Shown: positions 50,590-63,739, numbered from the stretch's first letter. The stretch: 64,000 nt of DNA from Schmidtea polychroa (GCA_044892525.1 CM097885.1:237214001-237278000), one strand, 5' to 3'. Numbers and translations are program-made. The notes: generated by a model from the letters alone, not told the origin.

Positions 50590-52568
50590 TTAATAATAAT
50601 AACATCTTTCGCGTGGGTGTTATTATTTTAAAAGAAAATATTGAAAATTCAAAAAATAATAATAATATTTATGCAAAGCATGTGCAATAATTATGTCTTT
50701 GTTAAATAAGTCAACTTTAGTGTCAAAATAAGTTTTTAAAATATATTTAAATTTAAAATACAGCAACGTAATATATTTTTGTTCTACCCATTCATTGATT
50801 TAAGTTGGTCAGAATTTAATAATAATTATATTATACCCTTTGAGACATGTTGAATGTGAGTAGTACACTTTTGACCATACTGGGACAGATATCTTGTGGG
50901 ATAGATTATATATGATATATGATAATAATATTCCCTGCTCGCGTTAATATCTTTAAATTTAATAATGATATTCAGATGATGGGAACGATAACTTTTAGGC
51001 AAACGAAAACCATGTGCCCGCTAGACCACTAATAATATTTTGAAAAATAATAATAATTTCTTGATGAGTCATTGTCTTTGTTCCATAAAAATTAATGAGT
51101 CATCGTTCTAAAATAATGAGGCATCGTTCTAAAAATATGATGAGTCATCGGGTGAGTCATCGTTCTAAAATAATGACGTAATCATTCTAAAATTAAGAGG
51201 CATCGTTCTAAAAATATTAGGCATCGTTCTAAAAATATGACGTAATCATTCTAAAATTAAGAGGCATCGTTCTAAAAATATTAGGCATCGTTCTAAAAAT
51301 ATGACGTAATCATTCCAAAAATAAGAGGCATCATTCTAAAAATAAGAGGCATCGTTCGATATTTAAAACAAAAAATTATATAATCAATGATTTAAACAAA
51401 ATTATATAATCAACGATTTAAACAAAATTAAATTATTATGTAATCGATAATTAAAACTAAATTATTAGTTCTAAAAATAAGAGACATCGTTCTAAAAATA
51501 TTAGGCATCGTTCTAAAAGTATGACGTAATCGTTCTAAAAATATTAGGCGTCGTTCTAAAAGTATGATGTAATCGTTCTAAAAATATTAGGCGTCGTTCT
51601 AAAATTATGACGTAATCATTCTAAAAATATTAGGCATCATTCTTAAAATATGTGGCATCGTTCTAAAAATATGACGTAATCATTCTAAAAATATTAGGCA
51701 TCATTCTAAAATATTAGACATCGTTCTAAAAATATTAGGCATCGTTCTAAAATTATTACGTAATCATTCTAAAAATAAGAGGCACCATTCTAAAAATATT
51801 AGGCATCATTCTAAAAATATTAGGCATCGTTCTAAAAATATTAGGCATCGATTACGTAATAGTTCTAAAAATATTAGGCGTCGTTCTAAAAATATGATGT
51901 AATCAATCTTAAAATATTAGGCATCGTTCTAAAAATATGATGAGTCATTGTCTTTGTTCTAAAAATGTGATGAGTCATCGTATGATAAAAATCTATATCT
52001 CATTAGAAAGTTCTTGCACAGAGCTTTAAAATAAGCTATCGATCAATATAATATGTTGGCGGGAACATTAATCTTTGGGATGAAAAAAGTGTGAGCCCGC
52101 TGGGCCAATTAATAATATTTTGACAAATAATAATAATTTAACTTTGAAAAGATGGTGGTCATTAAATGTTAATAACATTAAAACTATTAAAGATATATAA
52201 AATACCTATAGCACATCTTAAAGGTCCTGCACTGGGCTTGAAGATGAGGTATCGTCCAATAAAATCTGATGGCGGGAACATTAACTTTTGGGATGAAAAA
52301 AAGTGTGAGGCCGCGGGGCCACTAATAATATGGCATCGTTCTAAAAATATGTGGTGTCAATTACGTAATAGTTCTAAAAATATGTGGCATCGTTCTAAAA
52401 GTATGTGGTATCGATTACGTAATAGTTTTAAAAATATTAGGCGTTGATTACGTAATAGTTCTAAAAGTGTGTGGCATCGTCCTAAAAAATTTTTTCCGCG
52501 GGGGGGGGGGGGAGGGGGTATATGTGATGCGGGGAGCTCCTGGCCGGGGGAGCCCCAATCCTACTACT
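40532..52568. mobile_element. Non-autonomous foldback Polinton derivative (12,037 bp)
   Basis: Termini AGTAGTAGGATTGGGGCTCCCC / GGGGAGCCCCAATCCTACTACT; 6-bp TSD GAAGAG; arms 40532-45760 and 46763-52568 are inverted copies. Confidence 0.9.
41030..41560. repeat. 21-22 bp minisatellite (AATATTTTTAGAACGATGCCT variants); mirror array at about 51090-51980
   Basis: Direct reading. Confidence 0.9.
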
Positions 52569-53771
52569 GAAGAGCTATGCGGGTTAAACAACAAAAAATT
52601 AATTTGGACTGACGAATGCAACATCGCATTCGAAAAAATGAAAAATGCTTTAATATCCCCTTCATCTTGTTCACATCACATAGATCGGGCTGTTGGTAAC
52701 TGTTATGGCAAGCCTTAATTCATAGAAATAATTTTTAGGGCGGTTTGAAATAACCGATCTCTTTACTTTAAGAGAAACACACAATAGTTTATTTTAAACC
52801 ATTTATTGTACATCCTTTGTAATTAATTTAATAATTATTTTCATAAAACATCATGTTATTTATTGTATTTAAATAAAAGTCATACGCGCATTTCATAATC
52901 TTGTGGAATCAGATTAAATTGTATTAACAACTTGTGTTAGTCTTATCCCGCTATACGAACCTAACATTTGTTCTAGTTAATAATATGGAGTCAATCTCAC
53001 CAAAATAATGAGCGCACCCAATCGTGTGCGAGCGGACGCCTGAGTGCCAAATGTCAGAGCTCCAGTATTAAGTTGGAGGCCTATCCTACATCTCCACGAC
53101 GTATTATCCCGGACCAAACCAAATTAAGATTGATTTTGTGGTTTTCGTTTTCCTCTCAAATAAATATGGTCTATATTTTCGGCTGTTTTATTATTGATAT
53201 TTATTCCCTGTCCAGCAAAGTTACTAACTAGCCCTCTAATTAAGAACTCTTATCTTGGGTTGCAATGGAAACAACACTATAAATAAGACGTCGATACTTG
53301 CAACCCACTAATAGTCCTCTTAAAATCAATACGAAAGAAAAATTTAATCCGTAAACGAAAATTGAAAATCTAGTAATAATAATATGATCTGTATTTTTTA
53401 GGTCAATAACTATTTTCTCCTTTCATCAAGTGTCTTACAATGATAACTGCAATCACGAATTGTCTGGATCTTGGAGACCACATTTACTTAAAAATTTTGT
53501 TATTAACTGTTTAATATATTTACAAGCATTTGTAAAATAGCAACTGGAAGGTTGTCTATAATTAATATTTATAATAAATAATGAATTTTGAAATTCTATT
53601 TTGTTAAATAAAACGAGTCTCTAATTTACAGGCTTTGTCACCGATTTTTCAAAATTTGTCAATTGATTTTCTTTTAATTTATTCAAGCCCTTGGTAAATT
53701 TAATTAATTGATTTTTGTTATTTGATTTTTAAAATTTGTCATTTGATTTTCTTTTTTCTATTATCCATAAA

Positions 53772-54475
53772 ATGAGAAGATCACTATCAAATGAAGAAAG
53801 AGCTAGAGCAATCGAATCTTATGACAACGGTACTACACCAGCAACTATATCTGAAATATTAGGTTGTCACAGAACCATCGACAAAATAATTGAAATTCGC
53901 AATACAGAAGGCAGAATTGAAAAGAAACCTCGAGGTGGAAATAGAAGAAAGGCTCTTAATGATGAACAGATTAATACTCTGAAAGACTAGATTAATAGTG
54001 ATTGTAGCTTAACTCTTCGCGAGTTAAAAGCTCAAGTACAAAGGTTCGGTCCTGTCGTTTGTGAAAAGACAATAGACCGGGCCATTTCTGGATTACATTA
54101 TAGTTCTAAACGTGTTTCACTTTTACCAAGAAGAAATGATGCTGAATCGTTGTCAGTTCGTTTTTCTTATGCTAACAATTTGCTTTCTCTTATTGCAGAT
54201 GGTAACAATATTCACTTCTTGGATGAAGTTGACTAACCATGAGAACCCGGCGAGTAAGATCAGTAGTTGGAACTAGAGCAATTCAAACGGTACAAGGTTT
54301 GCGTTCAAGGAACATTTCATTATGCTCGGTAATGAGTAAAGATGGTAAATTCCACTACAAAAACAAAGTAGAGCATTTAATACCGAAACAATTTCAGTTT
54401 TTATCAATGAAGTAATTACTTTCAGAAAATATTGAGAATGTACTGATCGTTATGGATAATGTTCCATTTCACCAA
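53772..54475 (+). pseudogene. Tc1/mariner (IS630-like) transposase remnant, 3' truncated
   Basis: N-terminal HTH, KPRGG, LTLRELK, HFLDEV and IVMDNVPFH, with stops. Confidence 0.8.
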
Positions 54476-55122
54476 TTAAGCTCGTACCTATGGCCCAACA
54501 CAAATGATATGAAAAAAAACTAATTATAAAAAACAGAATTTTTAAATTTAGATATTATTGATATATTTTATATATTTTTTTTATTTTTACACCTAAGAAT
54601 TTTTTCAACATGACGCTGTTTTTGTTCATTTTGACTTGTAATACATTTATACGCAAAACAACATCGAACTTATTTATTAACCGCAACTGCTGCAGTTCAC
54701 GTGTTTGTATATTCCATCATTTTTAATGTTAAAACTTTGTAGATTTTGTGTACATTACAAACTTACATGTTTAGAAGGCCCAAAAAACGTTTGCACCTAA
54801 GGCCGCATTTTACTGAAAGCGCACCACTAGACAAAAGTAGAAATTACGTCGAAAAATTATTTGGAGAAATCTTATTAGTATTTAAGGAATGACGACCCAA
54901 GGCATACTTCATCGTCTAAGAGAGCAATGTTACAGGTAGAATTTCTAATTCCAATTTAATATTTTTTCAGTGGATTTTAGATTTGCTTTTAATTTAATAA
55001 ATTTTGAATTAAATAAGTTGGTATTCTAATTGTATTGTGTCGATTATCTTAAGTTATTAAAAATCTAAATTTTTCACTTCCTCGTCATTTAATGCAGTTA
55101 AAAGCAATTCCTCGCTCTAGAC

Positions 55123-55420
55123 CAGAGGTGTGCAAAGTGTTGGTCGCTTAATTTGTATGAGGGAGTCACGAAAAAAAATGAATTTAGTAATTTCATTTTT
55201 AACCCCATGTTATCTCCGATCAGAAGTAAAATAATTAAAGACGTTTTTAAATTACAATATTTATACTGAAATTAAAGTAGCTTAAAAATGTTTTTTGAAC
55301 TTTTAACATTTGCGAAATTTTTTACTAGATTTTAGATTACTTCCCAAAAGTACCGCTGGTGTCTTATAATTTCTTCATTTAAAATATGGGGTCGCGATCG
55401 GAGAAGTTTTCGCACAACTG
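55123..55420. mobile_element. hAT (Charlie/Buster-like) MITE
   Basis: CAG...CTG imperfect TIRs; TSD CTCTAGAC (nTCTAGAn type). Confidence 0.85.
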
Positions 55421-55679
55421 CTCTAGACCTATTTTATGTTATTTTTGAAATTTAAATTAATTTTCTAGAAAAATAAATAATTTGTTAAATATATTATCAC
55501 TCAAAGTGTACAATTTTTTTGAGTCCTAATATTTTATCCCACTGAGTTTTTTTAATAAAAATATCTAATTTAGCAGATTATCGACGACTTTTAATAATAA
55601 TAGTTTTTTATAGCCCAATAAACAAAATTAAAGACATTTTATTTCAAACTGCTTTTCTGATTTACATTTAATTACAGTT

Positions 55680-56158
55680 CTAAGTTTTATTGTCAATACC
55701 TTTTAAATAAGAAGGTTCTGTTTTAGATATTGTCATAAGTTGAAGGTTTAATTTGTAATATTTGTCGTTCCATTTGAAGTGAGTAGGATGCTCAAAGACG
55801 CCTTTTTTTGATTTATTATCCCATACGAGAAAGTTTGATAATTCAAACGCAAGAGAAGAGCGAATGAGACCAATGCCACTATGCTGGTGTTTAGCAGGGT
55901 GATACATTCGAAAGTTAATTGGATTCACAAAAATGGCTTCCGGTATAAATTCCATTAATAAAGAATTATTGGTATGCCCATAAGAAAGATAGTGTTTATT
56001 CTGTTTTTCGATAGTAGAAGTGAATACAATAGGTCTATCTGAACATCTCACATAATTTTTTTCCTTGCCATAATGGGCAGTAAATGGAAAATATTCTTTG
56101 GTCCTGTCGTCTGTGTTTAAATTAATCCCATTGAAAAAATATTCCAAAAACCTAATAT
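55680..56158 (-). CDS. UPF0598 / C8orf82-like (DUF4505) terminal exon
   Basis: FLEYFF...FPFTAHYGKEKNYVRCSDRPIVFT...RMYHPA..GIGLIRSSLA..PTHFKW; AG acceptor at 56160-56159; upstream exons not recognised. Confidence 0.82.
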
Positions 56159-56271
56159 CTAAATTAAAGTAGATCACATTCACAACAATTTGCATATATA
56201 AAATTAATTGTAAAAATAAATTAACCGATAGCGGAATCATTTATAAAAATATAATTCAAATAAATTACTAT

Positions 56272-56689
56272 TGTTGGGTTTTTATTTTTTAAAGTCGGTT
56301 CTCTCTCTATCTGATTCTTCGTGTTCTTATTCAACCAAATAAATCAAAACCCAACACAGAATAATTTTATTCAATTACAACTAAATTACAATTTGTCACT
56401 ATTTACACTTTTCGATCAATATCAGTGATCTCCTTCACTTTTCTCTTTTTTCTTTTTCGACCAAATGGTGGCTTTCTTATTAACTTTCCCTGTGAACAGC
56501 TTATTAAATTTTCATTATAATTTCTGAACTCATCTATCAATTTGCCGTTCAACCATACCCTATACCCAATATTGATATTTAATTTTTAGTAAGTTTTAAT
56601 TAATTTTGCACTTTTATTGATTTTGCCCGTATTTGTTATGCTTTCCTTTTATATATAAAATTTTTTTGGTTTTTGCGCTAAGCCCAACA
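56272..56689 (-). mobile_element. Solo LTR (418 bp)
   Basis: TGTTGGGCTT...ACCCAACA on the minus strand; 4-bp TSD CTAT. Confidence 0.8.
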
Positions 56690-59232
56690 CTATTTAGGCC
56701 ATAATCCGCAGTATTCATTCATAAAATGAAATATTTCGACTCCAATTCTTACTGTCTCCTGTGAATGATTTCTTTGTGGAAGATATACGTAGATTAAGGT
56801 TTATTGTGTTGGAGAACAGTCTCTCCAGGACAGTCTCCTTCAAACAATCCATCACAAATCATTTTTATAAATACAGTCCTATTCAACCTTTCATTTCTCT
56901 CAACAATCTCACTCAATATCCCTCAAAAAATCCAAATCATTTTTATAAACCTTAAAAAAGCAGTCAAATAGACCTCGATTCTCGCCTATCTCAACCACTC
57001 AATCCCAACCCCATTTAACTGACAATATCGTTTAACAATTTTACAAGTTCATTCCATTTGACAATTATATATTATTGAATCGAGTTTTATTTAAACTTGA
57101 TTTTTGTTTGATGACAGTGAATTGTATTAATTTTATTTTTTTATCTGTAATTCTATCATTATTTTATAAGTTCAAATCAATTATTTTAATGGAATGTCAT
57201 TTTTGTCGAATGTTATTAATTTTATAATTGATAATTTTAGCCAAAGTAAAGAAAGTGGGGTGACCGTAGATTCAGAGTAACATAGATGAAACCGGGAGCG
57301 TAATTCGTACACCGCAGTATAAACTCTATTCGAGAAGAACATATCACGTCGATATCAGCGACGAACTTATTCGATCGATCATCGCCTTAACCCATGAATA
57401 TATATAAATAAACAAAAATCTGGTATACCAAGTAAATTCAACGTGAATTCAATTATTCGGTAGATGTAAACATTAAGTTCTAAAATCTATGTAAATATAT
57501 GTAAATATTAATCGAATTATTTTATAATGAATAAACAGTAAATTATAGAGTTGAAATGCTATATAGATATTATTGAACTTATTCTATAATACGTAATTAT
57601 AAAATTTCAAAATCGAGATGATAGAAGTATTGACTGAACTCATATAGTAACGAGTAAACATGTTATTTTGAGGTCGCGATAAAATATGAGATGTAATTAA
57701 CTCAATTGATTAGCGAAGGAATAGTTGATGCAAATGTATGAAAATATAGACACGCCAAGTAAAAGAGTAATGCGTTTCTTTTTCGTGCAATCAGATATAA
57801 TATTAAAAATTAAAAAGTTGCTGTCATCCCCTGATCAAATCTGCCCCTACCCTCCATGTACGGTTGTTCGAAATAGTAGTAGTAATGACTAGACGAGAGG
57901 TGATAAAGGCGATGTTCAGGAATTGAAAATAGATAACGAATGAAATATTACTAAAATGATGATAAGTAAATGAATGTGGAAACGATAAAGTTCCGTTAGA
58001 TAAATCGAGGTGCGGAGTTTTTCTTCTTCCATCTGATGAGCAAACGCATATGGTGTAAAATCGATTTAGATAAAAAAACTGCACATGATATCGTATAGTT
58101 TAATTAGCTGGAAACTATTATCTTTCGAAACTATTCATCGACACACCTCTAAACGGCCCAACAAAATAAACAAATTTAATTTGGGAAAAACCAGAAGTCA
58201 ACCATTTTGAATAAGATAAAATAAAATCATTAACTTTGTCCATTGAACTAACACAGCAATCTTTGTAGAAACAAACTCATTTAAAAAAATATTTCTTTGA
58301 AGCCTAGGAACGATCATGTTGAAAATCCCGACAATGCAAAAACGGGTTAAAATAGTTACACGCAGACATAGCAAAGATATAACAAATATGAGAATACAAA
58401 TAGGTACACATTTTCCTTTGCTATTTAATCAAAACAGAGTCATCACAGGTATTTGATTTTTACAGTTAGTTGTACAAAGTGATTTTCAGTTTTGTAACTT
58501 GTAAATACAATAAATATTAAAAAAAACTCTCTTCTAGTATTTATGTTGGGTTATTATTTAGCAATTATTATTTAGTTTTTGACTCCTCATATCCTTTTCC
58601 AATCAAATCTAGAAAACCCAACACAAAACAACTTTATTCAAACTTTACCGCAATTACAATTTGTCACTAGATTTGCACTTTTCCTCGCTGATAATTGTTA
58701 TCGTAAGGGGCAATAACCTTTTCTAGAACGATACTTTATAATTCTCTCTGGCTTAACTTAAATTATTTTCATTTATATAAATACAACGTCAATAGAAAAG
58801 AAATCAGTGGTGAAATTTGAAAAATAAGTTCTTATACTACTAGCTTACCCGTAGTGCGTTGCTGCAATCTCAAAAGAAAGGAAATTCAAGGCCTCGACTT
58901 ACCATTCTCGACTGCCGATAGAAGGTCTTACGTCCGTCTAAGTTGAAAATTCACTATTCGTCTTTGGTTGGGATTCACCTGACTAATTCTACTGAAATCT
59001 CGAAAACAAAACAAAAACAAAGAAAAACTTCTCACTCTCTTTATTATGGTCATACTGATATCATTTATAAAACTAACAGATACCAAGACACAAGGGTTTA
59101 TTTATCGTGATATCAAATCTACGCCATTTTCATGAAATAAATACAGTACAAGAAGACAAGGTGAGAAATCACAACACAATGATTTTGGTTCGCTGATCTC
59201 GCTATTGACAGAGTTATCCCACGAGATTATTC

Positions 59233-59982
59233 TCATTTACCCCACTCAGTGGCGGCTAATAGCTCGTCGAGGTCGAAGAACTCGGCGGCGTTCTCCTCCC
59301 ACGTTACACCAGCTGCGGAGATGATTCGTGCTGGGGGTCCTGTAGTTAGGTCGATAGACACGTGAGAGTCGCTGACGTTAGTCGAATTTTCCGTTGCAGG
59401 GACGCCCATCTTGGTAGAGGCGCGCTCGCGTTGCTTCTTCTTACGCTCGGCACGTGACAGCTGCCGGCGCTTAGGTTTTGAGGAGCTGGTGGCAACAAGA
59501 GGTAGAGTAGAGGTGGAGGCAGTGGATGAAACAGCTTTGCTAGTGCCGGTGTAGACCACGTCGGCTGGCTTGGGCGAGAGCTGGGTCTCTACACACCCGT
59601 GGCACGGCCTCTTAGGTGGAGGTGACAACTTTGCAGAATTGTCATGGTGAGTTGGGAAGAGCTGATCGGCTTCATTTATCGGAATCTGAACGATCTTTCG
59701 GGTAGTGGCGGCCTGAAGGTAGACTTTATGCAGTGCTTCGGACTGCTCTCTGATCAAGCTCCTCTGGGAGCGACTTTCGGCGATCAAAGCATCTCGACAA
59801 TGCTCACTCCGGTACAGCTTCTTCTGGGTCTCCTTCATCCGAGCGGGACTAAACCATGTCCCTTCGAATTCCTCTATCTTTCTTTTGTAGCGCCCGATCT
59901 GGGCCTGAAGGTCCTTTATAATCGCGTTTTTGTCCGCGCAGGAGAAGCATGGGCGTAAAGCGGATTTTGCAGCTGGTAACAT
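59233..59982 (-). CDS. Unknown CxxC/coiled-coil/Arg-rich/acidic-tail protein, intact 249 aa
   Basis: Open, GC-richer ORF; two paralogs in the window; CTTTTACAG acceptor just upstream of the ATG. Confidence 0.75.
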   Translation of the reverse strand: MLPAAKSALRPCFSCADKNAIIKDLQAQIGRYKRKIEEFEGTWFSPARMKETQKKLYRSEHCRDALIAESRSQRSLIREQSEALHKVYLQAATTRKIVQIPINEADQLFPTHHDNSAKLSPPPKRPCHGCVETQLSPKPADVVYTGTSKAVSSTASTSTLPLVATSSSKPKRRQLSRAERKKKQRERASTKMGVPATENSTNVSDSHVSIDLTTGPPARIISAAGVTWEENAAEFFDLDELLAATEWGK

Positions 59983-61584
59983 GTTAGGTGACTGTAAAAG
60001 AAACTAAAATAACTAATCTTTAAGAAATCGTTGATTGAGTATGGGGTTTGTTCACCATCGCACATCTGGCGACAGGGCGATTAAGATAGACGAGAAAAGG
60101 AAACCATTTCCAGAACGATTTAGTCACTACTACTAAGCTAATTATTTATCAAGACAAATCCAATTCTGGTACCTATACTACCGCATTGACGGATGCAAAC
60201 AAATTGTTAACTTCAAAATTGAGATGATTTATGGATTACTAAATTAATCTATAAATGTCGGTTTATAAGACATACTTAATTATTAAATAGCACATTTGAA
60301 TATTATTTAAAAATACTCTTAATTATTATTTAAAATATTTTCCATTATTATTTAAAATATTCTTATTTATGAACCCGAATAATTTTACTTATTATTTTAA
60401 AGGTTGCTATCTAATTATCCGCTATATCAGTTAACGGGTGCCATATCAGGTTATAGATTCGATGATTTATGCACGTAAAGATTTATATGCTAGATGGTAG
60501 GATGGCAACGGGGGTCTCTATCTCTAGTAGATCTGCTAATCTAAAATTCGTATTTTTAGAAATTATTCAGAGCATTTTATTTTCATCTCACCGACGGCAT
60601 GTCAGATACTAGTTGATGATAGAACTACTGTGAGTCAACAACTGGGTATTGCCTCATATCTGCTACTATCTACACGATGACTGATGGTCGCATGCTTAAC
60701 TCACAATTGTTGTCGTATGGTAGAATTCCTTATTGTGAGTGACTACTCATGAATCGTGCAATCTACTATGTCGGTGCACATGTGTCATTTGTTACCTCAC
60801 ATCGGCATTTCTAATTATCGATGCATGATATGATGGAATTCGCACTGCATTTGTCACCTGGTAGCAATCCTTACAATGAGCGATTATCTCTCAACATTGT
60901 GCTTTCTCATGTAAATTCTAAATCTGACGTTACTACTCATCGTCATGCTGGTGTGCTTAATCAATGGGAATTTATCTGTGCATACAGATCATATGGACTA
61001 ATTCTCAAACGTCAATTTGCCTGACAAGTTTTTGTCTACTTTCGATGGCTGGAATTATTTACTATACTTTGCAATTTGCTTAATTCTGGATATTTCACTT
61101 AATGGAGATTTCTACAAATTAATTCACTACTCTATTTGGATGTTATTTCGGCAATGGATATTCCGATTTGATGCGGTGGCAGTTGTAGAACGGTAATATT
61201 AGTCTATTAATGAGGGTGAATTAAATATAATCGTTATCCTGGATTTATGTTTTTGCTTGAATTTTAATGAAAATTATTTACGTATTAGAATTTTTATATG
61301 CTTTAAACTAACTGGGAAAAATCTAGAACTTGTCTTATTATGGAATAATTGAACATAAATGTGGAAATCAGTAAGATGCTATAGTCAAAATTCAACGGAT
61401 TATGACGATGCTATTGAAGGTTTGGACTCAGGGTCGCATGGTTTCTCACGAGGAAAATGGACGATATAAGAACGTCGTAGATATAGTGTTCACCTCAATC
61501 ACTGTAGAGCTCATGTTCATTATAGATTCAGAGTCGCTAATATAAATCACTTCTCCTATTCAAGTCAAATTTTTAGTCAACCTT

Positions 61585-61714
61585 CAGCGATTGGACCCGT
61601 GAAGAAGCCTTCACATTTCGGCCCAATCCAGCTGCGTGATTGAAATACTCCATGTCCACCGGCTGAGCTCCCGAAGGCACCTCATACCATGACATGGAGT
61701 ATCTCAACTCTACG
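61585..61714 (-). ncRNA. Two-hairpin structured RNA element, copy 2
   Basis: 17-bp stem UUGAGAUACUCCAUGUC/GACAUGGAGUAUUUCAA, UUCG loop; GUGAAG-GCUU-CUUCAC. Confidence 0.65.
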
Positions 61715-62593
61715 TTACTCAACAAAAATTAAAAATTCATAAAATATCTCATTCAAATAATAAAACATAGACATCTAGATAAAAATTATTTATTAATTCT
61801 ATAATACTCAAACATGTAAATTTCATTAAAACATTAAAAATTACTAAATATGGAATCAAATGAAGAGGTTAATAAAGAATTTACTATAATTTAGCCTTCA
61901 TAATTACTTTAAGGTACTAAAATTCTAAACAAAAGTTCGGCTTACCAATACACTAGATGCTGAGCTGAGTCAAAAATTCAAATCAAATGTTTCTGAAAAT
62001 TAAGCTGTTCGCTGTGAATCTGAATAGTTCTCAAATGTTGTCTCGGTTCCTCGTAGCTTCTGTAAGTATTTGCTGTAGTTGGTAAAGTGTTGAAGTTAAC
62101 TGTGATCTATAAAATTTTCTGAGTAAACGGTCTCTATAAAAATCTTACTTACCTATAAAATTTTCTGAGTAAACGGTAATCCTAATGATTTTGGTGCCGC
62201 TTTATATAGTGATTTTTATTTTATGCGGACCAATCAAAATCGAGTACCGCTTATTTCTATTAATTTAATATAATTTTCTTGTTTTTAGGTTGTTTTTTCT
62301 TATTTTCTTTATTTTTAATATGTTTTTCTATTTATTTCTTTAATTTCCTTATTATTTATTAAATTCTTCCTTATTTATTTGTCAACTTGTTGTTCTATTT
62401 TAATCTTTTCTTAATTTTATTTTTTGTTTTAATTCTTGTGTCTTAATTATTATTTTTCTTATATCTTATTTTATTTTATCTTTAATTTCGTTTATTTTAT
62501 TTTTATTTCCCTTAATGTTCTACTTTCTTACTTCCTTATTTTTTAACGATTAAGTTTTCGACTCAGCCCAACACGATGAAGAAATATACCGTC

Positions 62594-63250
62594 TGTTGGG
62601 CTAGAAACTATAGAAATTAAAATAATTGGAAATTACTAAAACTTTTCTTTTCGGTAAATTAATTAAAAAATAAAATCCTGTATTAAGTAAAATTGAGAGA
62701 ATCAACCAAGGGTAGAATAAGGAATAAAAGAGAATAAAATAATAAAATAGAATAACAATTAAAACAAAAACCACAAAAATGAGATAAATAATAAACAAAC
62801 CACAAATAGGTAAAAATACAACCATAACTAACAAGCAAAAGAAAATAATTAAAAAGAATAAAAATAAATGTGAGGAGAACAAAAATAAATAAGAAAATGA
62901 AAATCAATCACGAAAAAACAATAAAACATAAACAAAGAATAAAACGATAAATTACAAACAGAATTTCCAACAGAAATTAATAAAAATAAAGGAAAATATA
63001 TAAATTAAATTACTTAATAAATTAACAAAAGAAAATAAAACAAATAGCATAGAAAAGTTGTTAAAAAACGCAAAAATAAGAAAATATATTATTTAACACC
63101 CTAACTTAGTCCTGATTGGACGAAAATTACTATAAGAGAAACACTTGGTAAATGTTAAAAATTCTTTTACAGGTAAAAATTAATTTTGTAATGTTTGTTG
63201 GTTACTTAGGGGTGTGTCCTTTTTACAATTTAAAATACGTTAGGGGTAAT
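62594..63250 (+). mobile_element. 5' part of a related LTR-like unit
   Basis: TGTTGGGCTAG start, A-rich tract, CCTGATTGGA box at 63111; similar to 30550-30900. Confidence 0.5.
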
Positions 63251-63739
63251 CATAGTCGTTCGACTCTTTCCTAAGCACCTCCATGACTATTGCAATTTAA
63301 ACCATTTGTGTACCCATGGCGACGACCATGTTGGTACTGTACACAAAGGCGAAAAACAATGAGCAGGTGAGCTCTATTGCTAAAACTACTCCCCATTGTA
63401 TTTTCTCTTCGGGTCCTAGACTGCCGATAGAAGGTCTTACGTCATTGATCATTTTCTATTTCTACTTTTCTATCTCATTCGGTTATGGTCCTCATTTCCA
63501 GTTTTCTATTGTTTCGTTTCAAAATTTTGTGCAGGGATGCGCCCTTATTTTCCAGCTAATAATTATTGTTCTACACTTCCTACAATATCTAAATTATCCT
63601 TTGAAAAATTTGAGCAGGAATTGGCCCTTATTTTCAAGTTAATCCACGCTTCCCATAATATTTAAGTTATACTTCAAAAAATTTGAGCAGGGATCTGCCT
63701 GTATTCTCAGTCCTAACCTACATTTGACCACAGTACTTC

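Larger units (their letters stand above)
58544..62573 (-). mobile_element. Unclassified LTR-like repeat unit, most complete copy (about 4.0 kb)
   Basis: Begins TGTTGGGCTGAG (62573), ATTGG box near 62233, TATATAAA near 62205, structured RNA, intact ORF; ends AATAAA...ACCCAACA homologous to the 56272 solo LTR end. No matching TSD. Confidence 0.6.

Noticed and set aside
52980..53330. Possible LTR/PBS fragment on the minus strand
   Set aside because: Could not define termini or a TSD.
58261..58420. Possible GPCR TM7-like remnant (YFNPFL) on the minus strand
   Set aside because: Too short and frame-broken to support.
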